Assembly (NCBI GenBank): GCA_022813965.1
Contig: JALDZS010000105.1
Coordinates: 1-64,000 of the forward strand
Direction of reading: 5' to 3'
Source of the DNA: Toensbergia leucococca
Taxonomy: Eukaryota
Length of the DNA stretch: 64,000 nt
Shown piece after piece: positions 11,750 through 23,601 of this stretch (positions are counted from its first letter, which is position 1; the number at the start of each line of letters is the position of its first letter). The notes beneath the pieces were generated by a model. That model saw nothing but the letters and a program-made list of their open reading frames with translations. It had not been told where the DNA came from and searched no databases. The translations under genes were made by a program, and so were the position numbers.

Positions 11750-12822
11750 ATGTCTTCACCATCCCATCTGCACACCTACCACGGCAACTGCCACTGCGGC
11801 GCCTTCAAATACACCGTCAAGCTCCCAGAGCTGAAACAAATCCACATCTGCAACTGCAGCCTCTGCGTAAAAGTCCGTCTATAAGAAACCCCTCACTACA
11901 CTCACTGAATCCCCCTCACTTACGAAATGATATCGTAGAATGGCTACATGTGGGCCTACCCTATTGTCAGCGATGCCTTGGTGGTTGAAAAGGGAGAAAA
12001 CACGCTTCAAAGCTATGAGTTTGCGGGAAAAGGCATGGCGCACGAGGTGAGCGTTGTAGTCGTTTTGTTCAGATATCAAGATCCAAAAAGAGATGTTAAT
12101 CAAACAATTCCCTCAGTTCTGTCCTACATGCGGTACGTCTGTCCTCGGGCGCCGGCACAATATGCCAGAGGGCGCCCCCAGCGTCTTCATCAACGTAGGT
12201 CCACTCCTCCCCTTTCACGTCCACGACAGCTGGTGACCATTTTCCAAGGTCCGCACCATAAGCGGCATGGATCTAGACGCACTTAAAACCAAACCGTTTG
12301 ACGGTAAAGCCATGGGCTCCGCCTACCAGCCCCCGGAAATCCCAGCCCACCCCAAAGAACCCGGAAGCGACCAAAAAGTATACAGCGGAAATTGCCACTG
12401 CGGCGCCGTCACCTACACCGTCCATACGGCACCTCTAACAACCGCCAAAGTCGTATCCTGCAACTGCAGCATCTGCGCCAGGGTACGTATTTCCATTCAA
12501 CTCCTTACCCCCTCTCCCCAGCTAAAACATCCCCCACTAGAACGGCGACCTCTGGATCTACCCCCCAACCACCGCCGTGACCCTGCATGGCGAAGAAGCC
12601 CTAAAAGACTACAGCTTCGCCAAAAAGACAACCTCGCATCGCTTCTGCGGCACCTGCGGCGTCTCGGTCGTTGTCAAGATCATCGATCTCTCGGTTCTCC
12701 AGGACGGGGAGGATGAACCCACGCCCATCAATGTGCGGACGATGAACGATGTCGATGTAGAGGCCTTGAACTTGGTCAAGTATGACGGATGGTCGAAGAT
12801 GGATCCGCCGTATGAAGTGTAA
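11750..12822 (+). CDS. Glutathione-dependent formaldehyde-activating (GFA/CENP-V, Mss4-like) protein with two tandem domains
   Basis: ATG 11750 gives MSSPSHLHTYHGNCHCGAFKY..CNCSLCVK, then introns (first begins 11873). Second domain has YSGNCHCGAVTY..CNCSICAR..HRFCGTCGVS..INVRT. Both Zn-binding motif sets are present. Confidence 0.92.
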
Positions 12823-13599
12823 AAAGTTGAAATGAAAATTCAAAGCTATCAAGAGGGCGATTGTGAGGTGTTTCTTAGTAAAGTGACGAGAGCTCCCAGT
12901 GTTCCTGGGGGCCGAGTTGTTGCTGAAAGGAAAAGCGTGCGAAAAGACAAACCCGATGCACTATTTTCCCTAGTATTTGTCCATTGATCTTTCTCACATC
13001 TCTCACATAGCACCCTCACATAGTCCTCTGAAGATTTTATGACTGTCAAGGCTGTTGCGCTTGCCAATGATTGGCTTTAACGAGTTCATCTCACTATGAC
13101 TGGTCAGTCAACGGAACAAAGACAGGTACTACACATCCATACAATTCCAAAGTATCAAGTTACCCTTCAATATACCTCTAAACATCCTTCAAGGCGTCAA
13201 ATATGACCTTACAATACTCTTGTGCAAGATCCAGAAACGCCCCAAATCGGCCTAAACATTTAATCCGAGGCTCCCGTGCCATTTTGATCAAAGCAACCCG
13301 TAGATTTCGTTTGCGTTGTTCCGGCCCAAGAAAAGACTTGCCAGACTTGCCAAAGCTGACCTTCCATCAAGGAAAACGGGTGATTAGCAGAACAGACGCA
13401 CTTCCGCAAAATTCCCCCCTCTCTTATCTCAGCAGTAAATGAGATGCATGATGGCGCCGTCAAGATGACACGTCGTATCTGATTCCAAGATCCCTTCATG
13501 TGATCTTGGCTATGAAGCGCCCCATCTTCGTTCTGGCGATCTTCATAGAATTATCTCGCGTGATATAGGCTCCTCCTGACTTAAGATAGTCGATTGGCT

Positions 13600-15361
13600 A
13601 TCCGCAAGTCCTTCACTAATTATCTTGACGCCAGGTGGTGAACTGGTCACCTCTCCTGAAGGTATCATGGTAAGAGCGCTCTCGTTGTTGCCGCGGCAGT
13701 CTCCTCACTATAATTCCGGTCTATTCTTGGACATATCTGGGGCCCTTTGCTCCGCAGCTTTTCTTGATGGGGAGTCTTTTAGATCCTTGTGTGCATCAGG
13801 CATGTCGTAATCTGATTCATTGAGTACCTTATTTATTGACTATGCCTACCTAAGCACCGGTGAAATCGCTAGTGAGGGCGCTCGTGCTAATCGTTGATCG
13901 GTCATTAATTTTCAAATCTAGATACTACTTCTGGTACGTCTGCCTTCAGATTCGTTGCTGGTTCCCATATTTCGTCATGTAATTCTTTTCACCGCCGTCA
14001 GGTATTCGTCAAATTTCGATATCGCTGTGTCTCGACGTTCCTTTGCCAAATGATACATGCTTTTCAGCTTCTCAAGTGCCGTTCTCTGAAAATATCACTT
14101 CTTGTGGGCGGTTGCGAGGGAGAACAGTTGTTGGAATAAATGCTGGTCAGGGCGGAGTCCATGGAACCACTGAAATTGATGCGGACTGATGCAAGGCCGG
14201 AATGAATGCGGGTTGAGTTTGAGTGGATGGTGTCACCGAAAAAGATGCGGATTGAGGCTGAGGCATGACTGCGGTTTGAGTGGGCATGACCGGAATAGCT
14301 GAGGCTTGAGTTGACGGAGTAGCTGAAAGATATGCGGATTGAGGCTATTTGTTTGTTCTAGGTATAGGTCCGTACAATTCCTTTTACCATATCATTCATA
14401 GGTACATCGTTACTCTGGATCGCCGCCGGGTATCCCCTCCCTAGGACGTTTCAGCCTATCCCTTTCACATACCTTTTTCTCTAGCCCATTCTCGTCAAAA
14501 GTAATCACTATCTAGTATTGAGCGTAGGTCAGTGAATCAGCTGACTCTTTCTTGTCGGCGTCAGATTTTCAGGGCTAGGACTTTTTCCTTTGAACTCCAG
14601 GCAGCTTCAGGTGACATTCGCAGCTCAGGGATATAAGCTTCTTTCAGCTTAATTTTGCAAGTGACAATGTCAATAAGATTACCATCAAGAATCTTCTTTG
14701 GCTGGGACAAAAGGAAAACCTTCTCAGACAACAGGGTCTTCTCATTTTTCTTTAGCCCGTCTTGGGCTTGCCGACCTCATCAAAAAAAGTAACGGCTTCT
14801 GAGAGTGCTTGCTCCTGCGTCTCTCAAACTTTGAGCTTACTTTTCACAACTGTGAGGCGTCATTCAAGGAAAAAGAACATGGTAATTGAAGAACCTCGAT
14901 CCAGAAGTTGGCTAGCCTTTGTCTTCAGAGATATCATCTGATTATTCATGTTCAGTGTGCAGTCCTTTCCTGGCATTCTCAATAGATTCAGGGCTTATAG
15001 TCTTCGCTCAACCAAATGCTCCGTTATGTTTCTTGACCAGGTCCTTGGGATTCACACACGTGAGCCAATACTGAGTTTTGTTAGATGTCATTCAATATCA
15101 AAGAGTCTAAGTTCACATCTAAGCGTAAGAAGGTGAGCTGTTTCTCAGACATCACAGGGACTAGATGAGAGTAAATCATTTGGCGTGAATTGCCAGCAAA
15201 ACTCGGTTGAGTGACTTATGTGAGAATTTCAGTGTAGAATGTCGAAGATTTGTGCTAATCAGGCGTTCGAGATATGGTACGAAGTTGGCAATGAAAGAAT
15301 CCAAATCAAAGACTAGAAAATGTGAGAAATCTTCGTTGAATAGCGTCGAGGCCAATCGCAT
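13600..15361 (-). pseudogene. Heavily decayed coding remnant, family unidentified
   Basis: Minus-strand fragments read like protein (MRLASTLFNEDFSHFLVF..; S/T/P/Q-rich repeats PQSA..TPSTQ at 14170-14345; coiled-coil-like RTALEKLKSMYHLAKERRDTAISKFDEYL) but are broken by many stops and frameshifts. Boundaries approximate. Confidence 0.3.
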
Positions 15362-16360
15362 TCTTTTTCTTTTTCACTAAATTAAGGATTCCGACCTAGG
15401 TCCACGAGAATATGATGCTTTAACGTTTCAGGTGTGCAAATGAGATTCCGAGGAGTCTACCGATGAAGGTCAGGATAGGTATGATTTCATAAAGTCGGGA
15501 AGATGGATGGCTTGATTCCGTTTGCAAGAAGTTGAGGAGGCAGATTCAGAGCTCGAAAATCCCTCTTGGTGGGATACCACCAAATAGTAATAGGTATCTC
15601 CCTAATTAACACATGCCAAAAGAACACGTATTCAAAAATAATGGGCAAAAGTCAGATGAGGTATACTTTTGCACATGGCCCACGGTTTGATTCCTCATGC
15701 AAATGACCGATCCGATCATCAACACCTTATAATGTTAATTAGCCACAGACATTTAATTATCAGATAGTTTCACTGAGAGAGTCGCCCCGTAGAGAGTCCG
15801 AGGGCGATACATCAGTGCCGTTGGTTTCTCGGCCATCATTTCCTCGCCACAAAAGATCAGGCTTTCACAGAGCCACGTATTTTTGTTCGACGATGACCAA
15901 AATTTCGTCTTTCCTCGGAGCATTCTCGTCCGGGAGGAAGGTAGAAGACAAAGGTAGTAGAACTCGAAGGTACAACGAAGAAGAGGTTAAATGTGACCTT
16001 CATATATTTGCCTGAGGAACGGCCAATAAGACCCCGCTGGTATATAAAACCCTACTGACTTATGAGACATGGTTTCAGATGGTCTAGAGGCCATGAATGA
16101 GCTATAAGACTTGAATCTTGAAAGACAGATCATACAGTACTTGAGACTTCCAGAATGATCTGAACCACTGAAGATGGTGGAAGCACTGTCAATTGGTTGG
16201 CCGAAGCATGGTATCAAACGCCTGTTTCAAGCACATCATTAGAGATGATTGATACCTGAAATAGGCAAGTATATGCTTAGATAGCCCGCTCTCTCCAGAG
16301 GTTCAAGCCGCCAGTATTAGATACGCACACAAACGAGTTAGACACCAAGGTATCGGCGTT

Positions 16361-17383
16361 CTAACGCAATTTATTTGCCGCCCACGGCTCCCTGATAAGA
16401 CACACTTCGGTGTGTACCTTATCATCCCCATGCGGACGCATATCAATAATGATCTCATCGACAGGTTCCCAGCCATGCTTTAGGTACAAAGGTAAACCTG
16501 CTGGTGAAGCCTCGATATAAGTCTTCGCTCCGTCATTATCCGCTTGCTCGAGGCCGTGGCGCAGGAGCATCGCCCCCAGACCTCTACGCTGATAATCTGG
16601 ATGACAAGCAAGAATGTTTACAACTGCATTGAAGATGATTAATGACTGCCTTAGGATTCGGCCAGGATGAAGAAGACGCTAAATAGAACGCCTCGGTGAT
16701 GCTGGCTTTCCAGTAAAATGAAAGACTTTTCGGGGGATGTAAACACTTGAAGAAAATACATAGAATATCAAAAGCGAAGTGAGACTTTTTTGATGCCGTG
16801 TGACAGAAGTGCAATATATATCAAAAATACAAAGTCAAAACAGAATGCATTACATGTCACGTTCAAGTAGCCAAGACATCCAGGTGACATTTTGAAAGCC
16901 AAAAAGATGAGAAAGCTCACAGTAGTCTTTTTCATCATCGATCCGCTTCTCCCTGCCGATAAACAATTTGTCGAAGAATTCGTCGCATAAAGAGACATTG
17001 GCACCTTCAGGATACGGCGACTTCTTTTTTGAGTGGCTCGTCTTCTCAGCCTTCATTTCAGGTGTGAGAGGATGTGGGTATTGCCATTTGGCGTATGCTA
17101 CCAACTTGCTGTGACTATATTAGAGAAAGGCAATAGAACAAAGACGAGGATTGAGGCTTTGATACTTGGACTCGGTCTCCACCACCTTGGAAAAGCGAAC
17201 TCCATGCGTATCTCTCTTTGCGAATTCAGCTGCATACCACTCTTCGTCGTACTCTCGTTTGATTTCAGGCGGCACGTCGCACATGAGACGATGGATCAGA
17301 TCATCATTCGCAAAGGCTGCGTAGAAAGTACGGACCAGATCTGGAACATCGCCGGGTTCTGCTGGCAAAAGTTGAAAGGCCAT
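16361..17383 (-). CDS. GNAT-family N-acetyltransferase (three exons)
   Basis: MAFQLLPAEPGDVPDLVRTFYAAF.., VAYAKW.., acetyl-CoA motif HPDYQRRGLGAMLL, and YIEASPAGLPLYLKHGW. Introns at about 17113-17167 and 16624-16920. Confidence 0.92.
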
Positions 17384-17798
17384 GTTTTCAGTAGCAGGAC
17401 ATGACAGACTTTTGATTTTGACATGTTCATGCGAGGAAAGCATAGTCTTCTTGTACTATGCGGATTACGTGGATTTGGTCATGAAAGCGTAAGTTGTGAG
17501 TCATCCATACTGATGCATAAGGAAGGTGGACTGCAAACTCGTAACCTTGGCTATCTTATGTCACCGATTACGTAGGTCCCTCCCCTTTAGCAACTAATAC
17601 CGTGATAAATGGCGACGAGACAGGCCAGGAATTTTCCGACCTAGAGAATGGTGGAGGATTTGATTGCGATTTAAATAAACTTGGCCATGGTCTTGGCATC
17701 ATCCTCAACCAAAGACGCTAGCCATATCAGGGTCGTCAGATCAAGCTGGAAATTCGACTCGATTTAGTTTAATATGAATACTGAATCGGGTCTATCGT

Positions 17799-17848
17799 GT
17801 TTGCATCGTTCAGTAGAGAGCTTGCATTGTGGGGTGAACACGAGTAGG
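17799..17848 (+). repeat. Left copy of a degenerate ~50-bp direct repeat
   Basis: GTTTGCAT..CAGT..GCTTGCAT..GGGGTGAACACGAGT.AGG. The exact 15-nt core at 17831-17845 recurs at 23296-23310. Confidence 0.7.
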
Positions 17849-17999
17849 TGAAATTCAGTAGCTTGGAGGTATTTATTAGGCCCTCATTACTCCCGTCCGG
17901 TTGAAGCAAACGGTCTACAAGGTCAAGGCGTCAACTACTCAACCTGTTTTGTCAATTGGTTCATCTCCATATCAAAGACATTCACATCCCCGGGTAGTT

Positions 18000-20050
18000 C
18001 CTCTCCTGCGTTGGTTCAATCCACGTAATAAGCTGCCCTGGCTGATCTAGACCCGTCGGGAAAATGCGAAGATCCTGTACAAAGTAAAGAAAAATGCCGC
18101 GTCAAACTTATCTCATTGTCTCTATTCCTCCGACGTCAAACCCAAAATCTGTGGTCTTTGGGCATACTGAGCTGTTTCAGTCTCAAGGGCAGGTTCCTCG
18201 GGTTCCGGAACATTGATTCACACGACTGGGTCTTCAGCTGGCGGGCACCGCTCAGAGTACTGAAGGGACTATGACTCGGATTAAATCGAAAAAGATTAAT
18301 ACAAATCCCTGCTTGTGAATGTAGAGAATTAGCAAGTCAACAGCATCTCTCACACAGGAGAACCTCCAATGAATATCAATGTCTTCAAGAACGAATATTG
18401 TCATATTCCTGGATTCCTCAGGTCCATCGCATCAGAGTGCCTTTGTGTTCTCTTTCAACTTTGCTCCTCTGTTCCCCCCCCAAGGCCCCAAGAGTGTGAT
18501 TCAATGGCTGAATATTCAGCTTTTTCTCCGCCCGATCCAACAAGACGGCTTAGTGACCCACCTTGTTTGAATTGAGACTTCTCCTGAGAATGATTGACAA
18601 ATCGAATTGCATCACTAATCTCTGATTGCGGACCCTGATATCAGGATGCACGACCTTGACCATTCGATGCCGCATATAGAGGAGACGAGATGCGGCCATG
18701 AAATTGGGAGCGATTGAGGCAAAAAGCAGAAGCCGCTCATCATCTGTTGGCTCAGGAACCCTGCTGGGAAATGATTGAGAAAGTTGCGAATAGTGAAGCT
18801 GACATTAAGAATCCGCCTGCTCGTGGAGTGATTCACTGCGCGGCGGTTTTTGTGGGATCTGTCGCTATCGTTTGACCTCGTCTTCATCCCTGATCTGTTT
18901 CCTCTTCTCACTTCTCTTTAAGTCAAGCAAGTCATGCAAGTCTTGTTCTCAATATATCATTCCCACAATTGTCGAATCAACCCGCGCAATATATACTCGC
19001 AAGACGAATACCTCAAAGTACGGCAGGAACAGAAGAGTTCTTGTTTCATGCCTTTCAGTCCATATGTAAGCAGGTATCATATATCGATTCTTTGCTGGAC
19101 TCACATAGGTATTCCATCTCTACAGTCAATTCATGACGATGATTTCGGAGCTAATCGGGGAATTCCTGCGACTGGATTGATTGTACATGACAGAAAAGGT
19201 GGCTAGCCTGAAGAGCCTGGAGCCACCATCGCTAGTCAGAATGGTTTCCTGGCAGAATGCTTTAGTCATTGAGTTTGAGAAGAACAGAGCCAGTATCGCA
19301 CCGTACAGGAAAGATCATCTAGGGTGAGGATTTGGCAACATATTCCCGAGCTACATCAGCGAGAAGATGAGCCTCTGTCAGATTACTTACCACAAGAGAA
19401 TAAAATAACTCACACGCTGTATGAGAGCAAGAGATTGTCTAACTTCTGATATGGCAAAAGCCTCACTTCCCGTACTAAAGTCAGCTATGCTCGACATCAT
19501 GCTATCTGATTTCATAGAGGGCTTTCGAGCCCAGCGGTGCGCAGAGATTCAATCCGCGCTGGCTTCTGCTAAGACTTCTTCAATGCCAACCTAAAACACT
19601 GCCGAAGAAGTCTTCCGCGCCAATATTGACAATCAGAAGCTCGTAGCTGAAGAGCAGAATGCCGACAAATCTTAAATCGTGTCATGCTAATCCACTGGGA
19701 CTAGTCTTGTTTAGACTCTGAAACATGACGCTGGACCAGAAAATAATGATGTTGATTCGTACCTTTGAGTGGAGGGTAAGGATGACTCACAGAGACCCAA
19801 GGCAGCTGGGAATGAAAGACAAAGTCAAAGTTGGTCTTCGAGCACTGGGCATTTTTCAGGGAGTGGTGAGGGGGATATCCAGAAGAGAGACCGACATCTC
19901 TCAGAAAGAGATCTGGAATGTTAGGATACGCACAGTCTCTAACAGAGTATCCATGAGATCGACGATACGATCGAAAAAGTCGGGCGTCCCATGATACAAG
20001 CAACAACTGATGCCGCGACAATATCGGGAGTATCTCATGTCCTGGCAGTG
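18000..20050 (+). pseudogene. Decayed coding-like remnant, unidentified
   Basis: Short protein-like stretches in shifting frames (WERLRQKAEAAHHLLAQEPCWEMIEK; LKSAMLDIMLSDFIEGFRAQRCAEIQSAL) with many stops. No recognisable domain. Confidence 0.25.
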
Positions 20051-21300
20051 TGTAACTTTCAGGGGTTAGGCGAGCCCGCCAAGACTAGTGTACACTCATC
20101 TTGCCAGGACACGAGATATACACCGTAGGAAGAGCACTGATTGGCTTCCCAGGAAAAGCAGACTTTAGGCTGAGGCAGCATTTCAGAGGTCGCTACCATT
20201 CAACGATGAGCCGAGGTGTGGCTTGATCAGCGACTTGACTAGAGTTGCAATCTTTGGTATGAGTCCACAGTGATGACAATTCTGGAAATTGCCCGAGTAC
20301 ATTTCATGTGGCAGCTCTCTAGCTGGTAATTACGGAGCTTGGGAGTATATCGGGTAAGCGCCTGGGGAACAGTGGCAGCGGGGCAACGACACAGCCAGGC
20401 CGCCCAGCTATAGGAGATAAAGAATAGTCTGATGGTAGGCTCAACGCTTTGTTGAGAAACAGCGTCACAAGGGCAGATTAGAACTTGCGAAACAGGCTAG
20501 CTGTTCAACCGTTAGCTTTGGGAGTATCCAGCGGTACAGGCACGGGAGCTCCCGATGCTATATCTCGCCAAGAATAGCAGCCAATGAGACGAGACCAATT
20601 CGGCGCATTGAAATCCACAAGAGACTAAGGCACTCAAGTTTGAATGGGCAGGTATCATATCTCAGCGCATTCATGATCTATGATGGCTTGATGTTGAATG
20701 TTGTATTTGCTTCTAGGGATCGTGAAGCAGCCCCCTGGAATGCCAAAAACAGAGAGAGGAATGGTGTGACTGAGGGCAATCGCAATCGCAAAGGATAGAA
20801 AGTGTACAGGCCTATTCAACAGTGGTACCAAGATCTCTTTTAGATGCAAGATGGTGGTTCTTCTTCGTCAATTGAACCATTGGCTGAATCAGACCTTCGA
20901 ACACCGGAATGCGCTTCCGCTGCTCAACATCTTCTCTAAATCTTCTTGGCATGATTTGGCGCAGCGGGGAGTAGAGTCGGCCACTAGGTCTGGTAATCCG
21001 TACGAAGGGTAGATCATATGGCTTAGCTTAACCCCGTACTGGCGGTCGTCGATGACTCCAGTGGCGCGCTCTTGCCTAAACCGAAATCCACAAAATTTGC
21101 TCGTGATTAATCGCCAGTGACAATTGACTTTTTCTCTCTTGCTTATTAAAGCACAATACAATTCTTCTTCAATCTTCATACACACAATTAGACCTCTGAA
21201 ATCAATCCTTCTCACACAAAAACTTTCACAGTCTTCCAATCAATTTTTCTTCATAAACTAATATATTTCTTTTCACAGCGTGTCAAACCCTCACCACAGC

Positions 21301-22464
21301 ATGTCGAATCCTAATTTCCTTCCCAACGGCGCCCCGATATGGGAGCCCGAGCAGATGCCGCCTTGGGACCCCGAGCAGATGCTCCTAGGAGTGGAGGGAC
21401 AAGGGGTGGGATATGATCAGCTATCTGTTCAGGTTCCGGCTCCGTCGTCCATAGCTGCATCATCCGGGCTTCCTTTTTCCATAACGCCTTATCCCCCACA
21501 CGAAGCTCCTTTGTTGCGAATGCCCCATCTCCCCGCCGCAGTCTCGGCAGACATCTCAGGTTGCCTGAAATCTATCTCTGGAACGCACCAGGTCGACATC
21601 ATGAGCGCCAGGCGGGGCAGTGAACAACCCAAGCCTTTGAATCCCAGGAATTACTGGAACATTATCGATGCCGCCGAGGTGACCGTCACCAACAACCTCT
21701 GGCATTTCATTCCTGACACCTTTCGTTCTTGTACCGGAACAGTCAGGAGCCAGACGGGGCAAACGTGGAGAATATGCGGTATTGGAAACGTATGCCTCAT
21801 GCTTCGGGGTAACCGCCACATAACGCTTGAGAACGTGGTATATGTTCCTGAGGCGCCCTACAACGTTTTTTCTCCCCTCCCGATGCATCCAGGAGGTCCT
21901 AGACTCGACAGCTTTGGCAACGAGAAAATTGTCCGGTTTTTCAAAGAAGGGTTCAGCGAGGTTCTCTTAGCAAGTGGGAGCTGCCTCGAGGAAGGGCAGC
22001 CGTTCAGGCTGGACGTTATCCCGTTCTTTATGAATGCAAAGGCGACGGCAATCATAAACTCGATGAGTATCGGCCCAAGAGAGAACAGAGGTCAGTCCGC
22101 AGCGAATGGCCGAGTTCCAGGGCAAGGTATGGTTCCAGGGATCCGGAGGCCTGGAGGTTCAAATCCGTCGAGACGAAGACGGGTAAATGCCAGTTTGACT
22201 ACAGTCAGAGATCCCCTTCCTCCAGCACCAGTAAATCCAAATCCATCATTGCCGTTGGATCCCTCGGGCCAAGAATTCTTCGCTGTCCCACCCTTGACCA
22301 TGGGCATGGGTGGGACCCCGAGCTTTCCGTCTGTGGTCACAGCCCGGAACTCGAGCTTTCCATATCCGGAACCGGCAGTAGACCCAGCAATGGTGGAACG
22401 TCTACGGGTTGAGACTGAGCAGGCGGAAGCCAAAGGAGCCCTATACAATTTCACCTCCGAATGA
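21301..22464 (+). CDS. Orphan protein with a Ty1/copia Pol protease-like beta-barrel domain; may extend by splicing to 22822
   Basis: Long intact ORF. Segment 21655-21873 reads WNIIDAAE..HF..TGTVRSQTGQTWRICGIGNVCL..ITLENVVYVPEAPYNVFS, resembling the copia consensus W-I-x-D-S-G..G-x-G-x-V..L-x-NVLYVP..NL-x-S. Flanks are Pro-rich. An intron acceptor (CTAAT..CAG) lies just upstream of the ATG. Confidence 0.7.
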   Translation: MSNPNFLPNGAPIWEPEQMPPWDPEQMLLGVEGQGVGYDQLSVQVPAPSSIAASSGLPFSITPYPPHEAPLLRMPHLPAAVSADISGCLKSISGTHQVDIMSARRGSEQPKPLNPRNYWNIIDAAEVTVTNNLWHFIPDTFRSCTGTVRSQTGQTWRICGIGNVCLMLRGNRHITLENVVYVPEAPYNVFSPLPMHPGGPRLDSFGNEKIVRFFKEGFSEVLLASGSCLEEGQPFRLDVIPFFMNAKATAIINSMSIGPRENRGQSAANGRVPGQGMVPGIRRPGGSNPSRRRRVNASLTTVRDPLPPAPVNPNPSLPLDPSGQEFFAVPPLTMGMGGTPSFPSVVTARNSSFPYPEPAVDPAMVERLRVETEQAEAKGALYNFTSE

Positions 22465-22855
22465 GGTGTCATAACATGCTCATAGCCCCGGACTTGCTAA
22501 GACGGCTCGAAATGCCGTGACCAGCCTACAGACGGAGATACACGACACTATTCGCGAGATAGGTGGAAGCTTCCCAGTGCCAAGTCAAGCACCGAGTCAG
22601 ACGTGGGAGGTGGCATTCTCCACTAGGGCGGGTATAGCTGGCGGGGGCTTTCCAAGTGCAGGTACTTTGAAGGCATCAAAGTACCCTTGTGAGTCAGGTA
22701 TGTGATTGACTCTGTGTGGTATCGTAGAGACCAAGCTGACTTCGTTTTTCTTGCAGTCACCGGAAGCAGGTGGGTCGGAGTATCTTGGCAACCGAGGAAA
22801 TCTAGAGGAAGAGAGTAGGTAGGGGGGGAGGCAAGGTAAGTAAATGGCAACTGTC

Positions 22856-22945
22856 GATATATCTTGCCATTTATTTGCCATTTATCTTGCCATTTATCTG
22901 TCATATATCTGTCATATATCTTGCCATCTATCTTGCCATCTACCT
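22856..22945. repeat. Degenerate 11-12-bp tandem repeat (ATCTTGCCATTT-like), about 7 copies
   Basis: atcttgccattt atttgccattt atcttgccattt atctgtcatat atctgtcatat atcttgccatct atcttgccatct. Confidence 0.85.
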
Positions 22946-23267
22946 ATTCGGCCATTGATGTTAGCAAATATCGTACCATATATCCTAGCAGTTATCATGC
23001 CATCTAGTCTGCCATTTATCAGTCGCGATAATTATCAATCTATTATCATTGCTCATCAATATATACATGAGAGATCTCGATCAACATATGAAGCTGTTCT
23101 GGAATATACTGTGATGTTTTCCCGAAATGGATGCGAGGTTTGGCCATTGAATGATGTTGCCGTCGTGACTCGTGTTCCGGATGCAAACCACTACCCGATG
23201 CGGACTCTAACCTACTTGGGTTAGCTGATCATCATTTAGCACGATCAACTAACTCGAGTGGGCTAAG

Positions 23268-23314
23268 GTTTGCATTCGGCAGTGGCTTGCATCCGGGGGT
23301 GAACACGAGTCAGG
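23268..23314 (+). repeat. Right copy of the degenerate ~50-bp direct repeat
   Basis: GTTTGCATTCGGCAGTGGCTTGCATCCGGGGGTGAACACGAGTCAGG aligns with 17799-17848. Confidence 0.7.
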
Positions 23315-23601
23315 CTAGGTACCTTAGCTTCTGGCCTGGTGGCGTGAGGTTCCTGTATCAGAATACGGATACTGAATCAGATCATCACAGAATAAGAGAA
23401 TCATATTCGATCTTGAATAAAATGGGATTTGAATAGCCTATATACAGCAAACAAAACCACATGCACAATCTGCATTTTAATACGTCTGCATTCATATGTA
23501 AAAACTTTGCGAACATGGAAAAAAATCACTCTTCGCACGTCCAAAGGGTCTATTCCATGCAGGGTTAGGTCAGAATTAGGCTTCCTCACTAAGGTCCCTA
23601 T

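Noticed and set aside
22856..22945. Tandem arrays (also 10823 and 63723) as CRISPR or telomeric repeats
   Set aside because: No spacers, eukaryotic context, and units are not TTAGGG-like arrays at a sequence end.
17799..23314. Intact LTR retrotransposon or Starship
   Set aside because: No RT, integrase, RNase H or tyrosine-recombinase motifs recognised; repeats too short and lack TG..CA ends.
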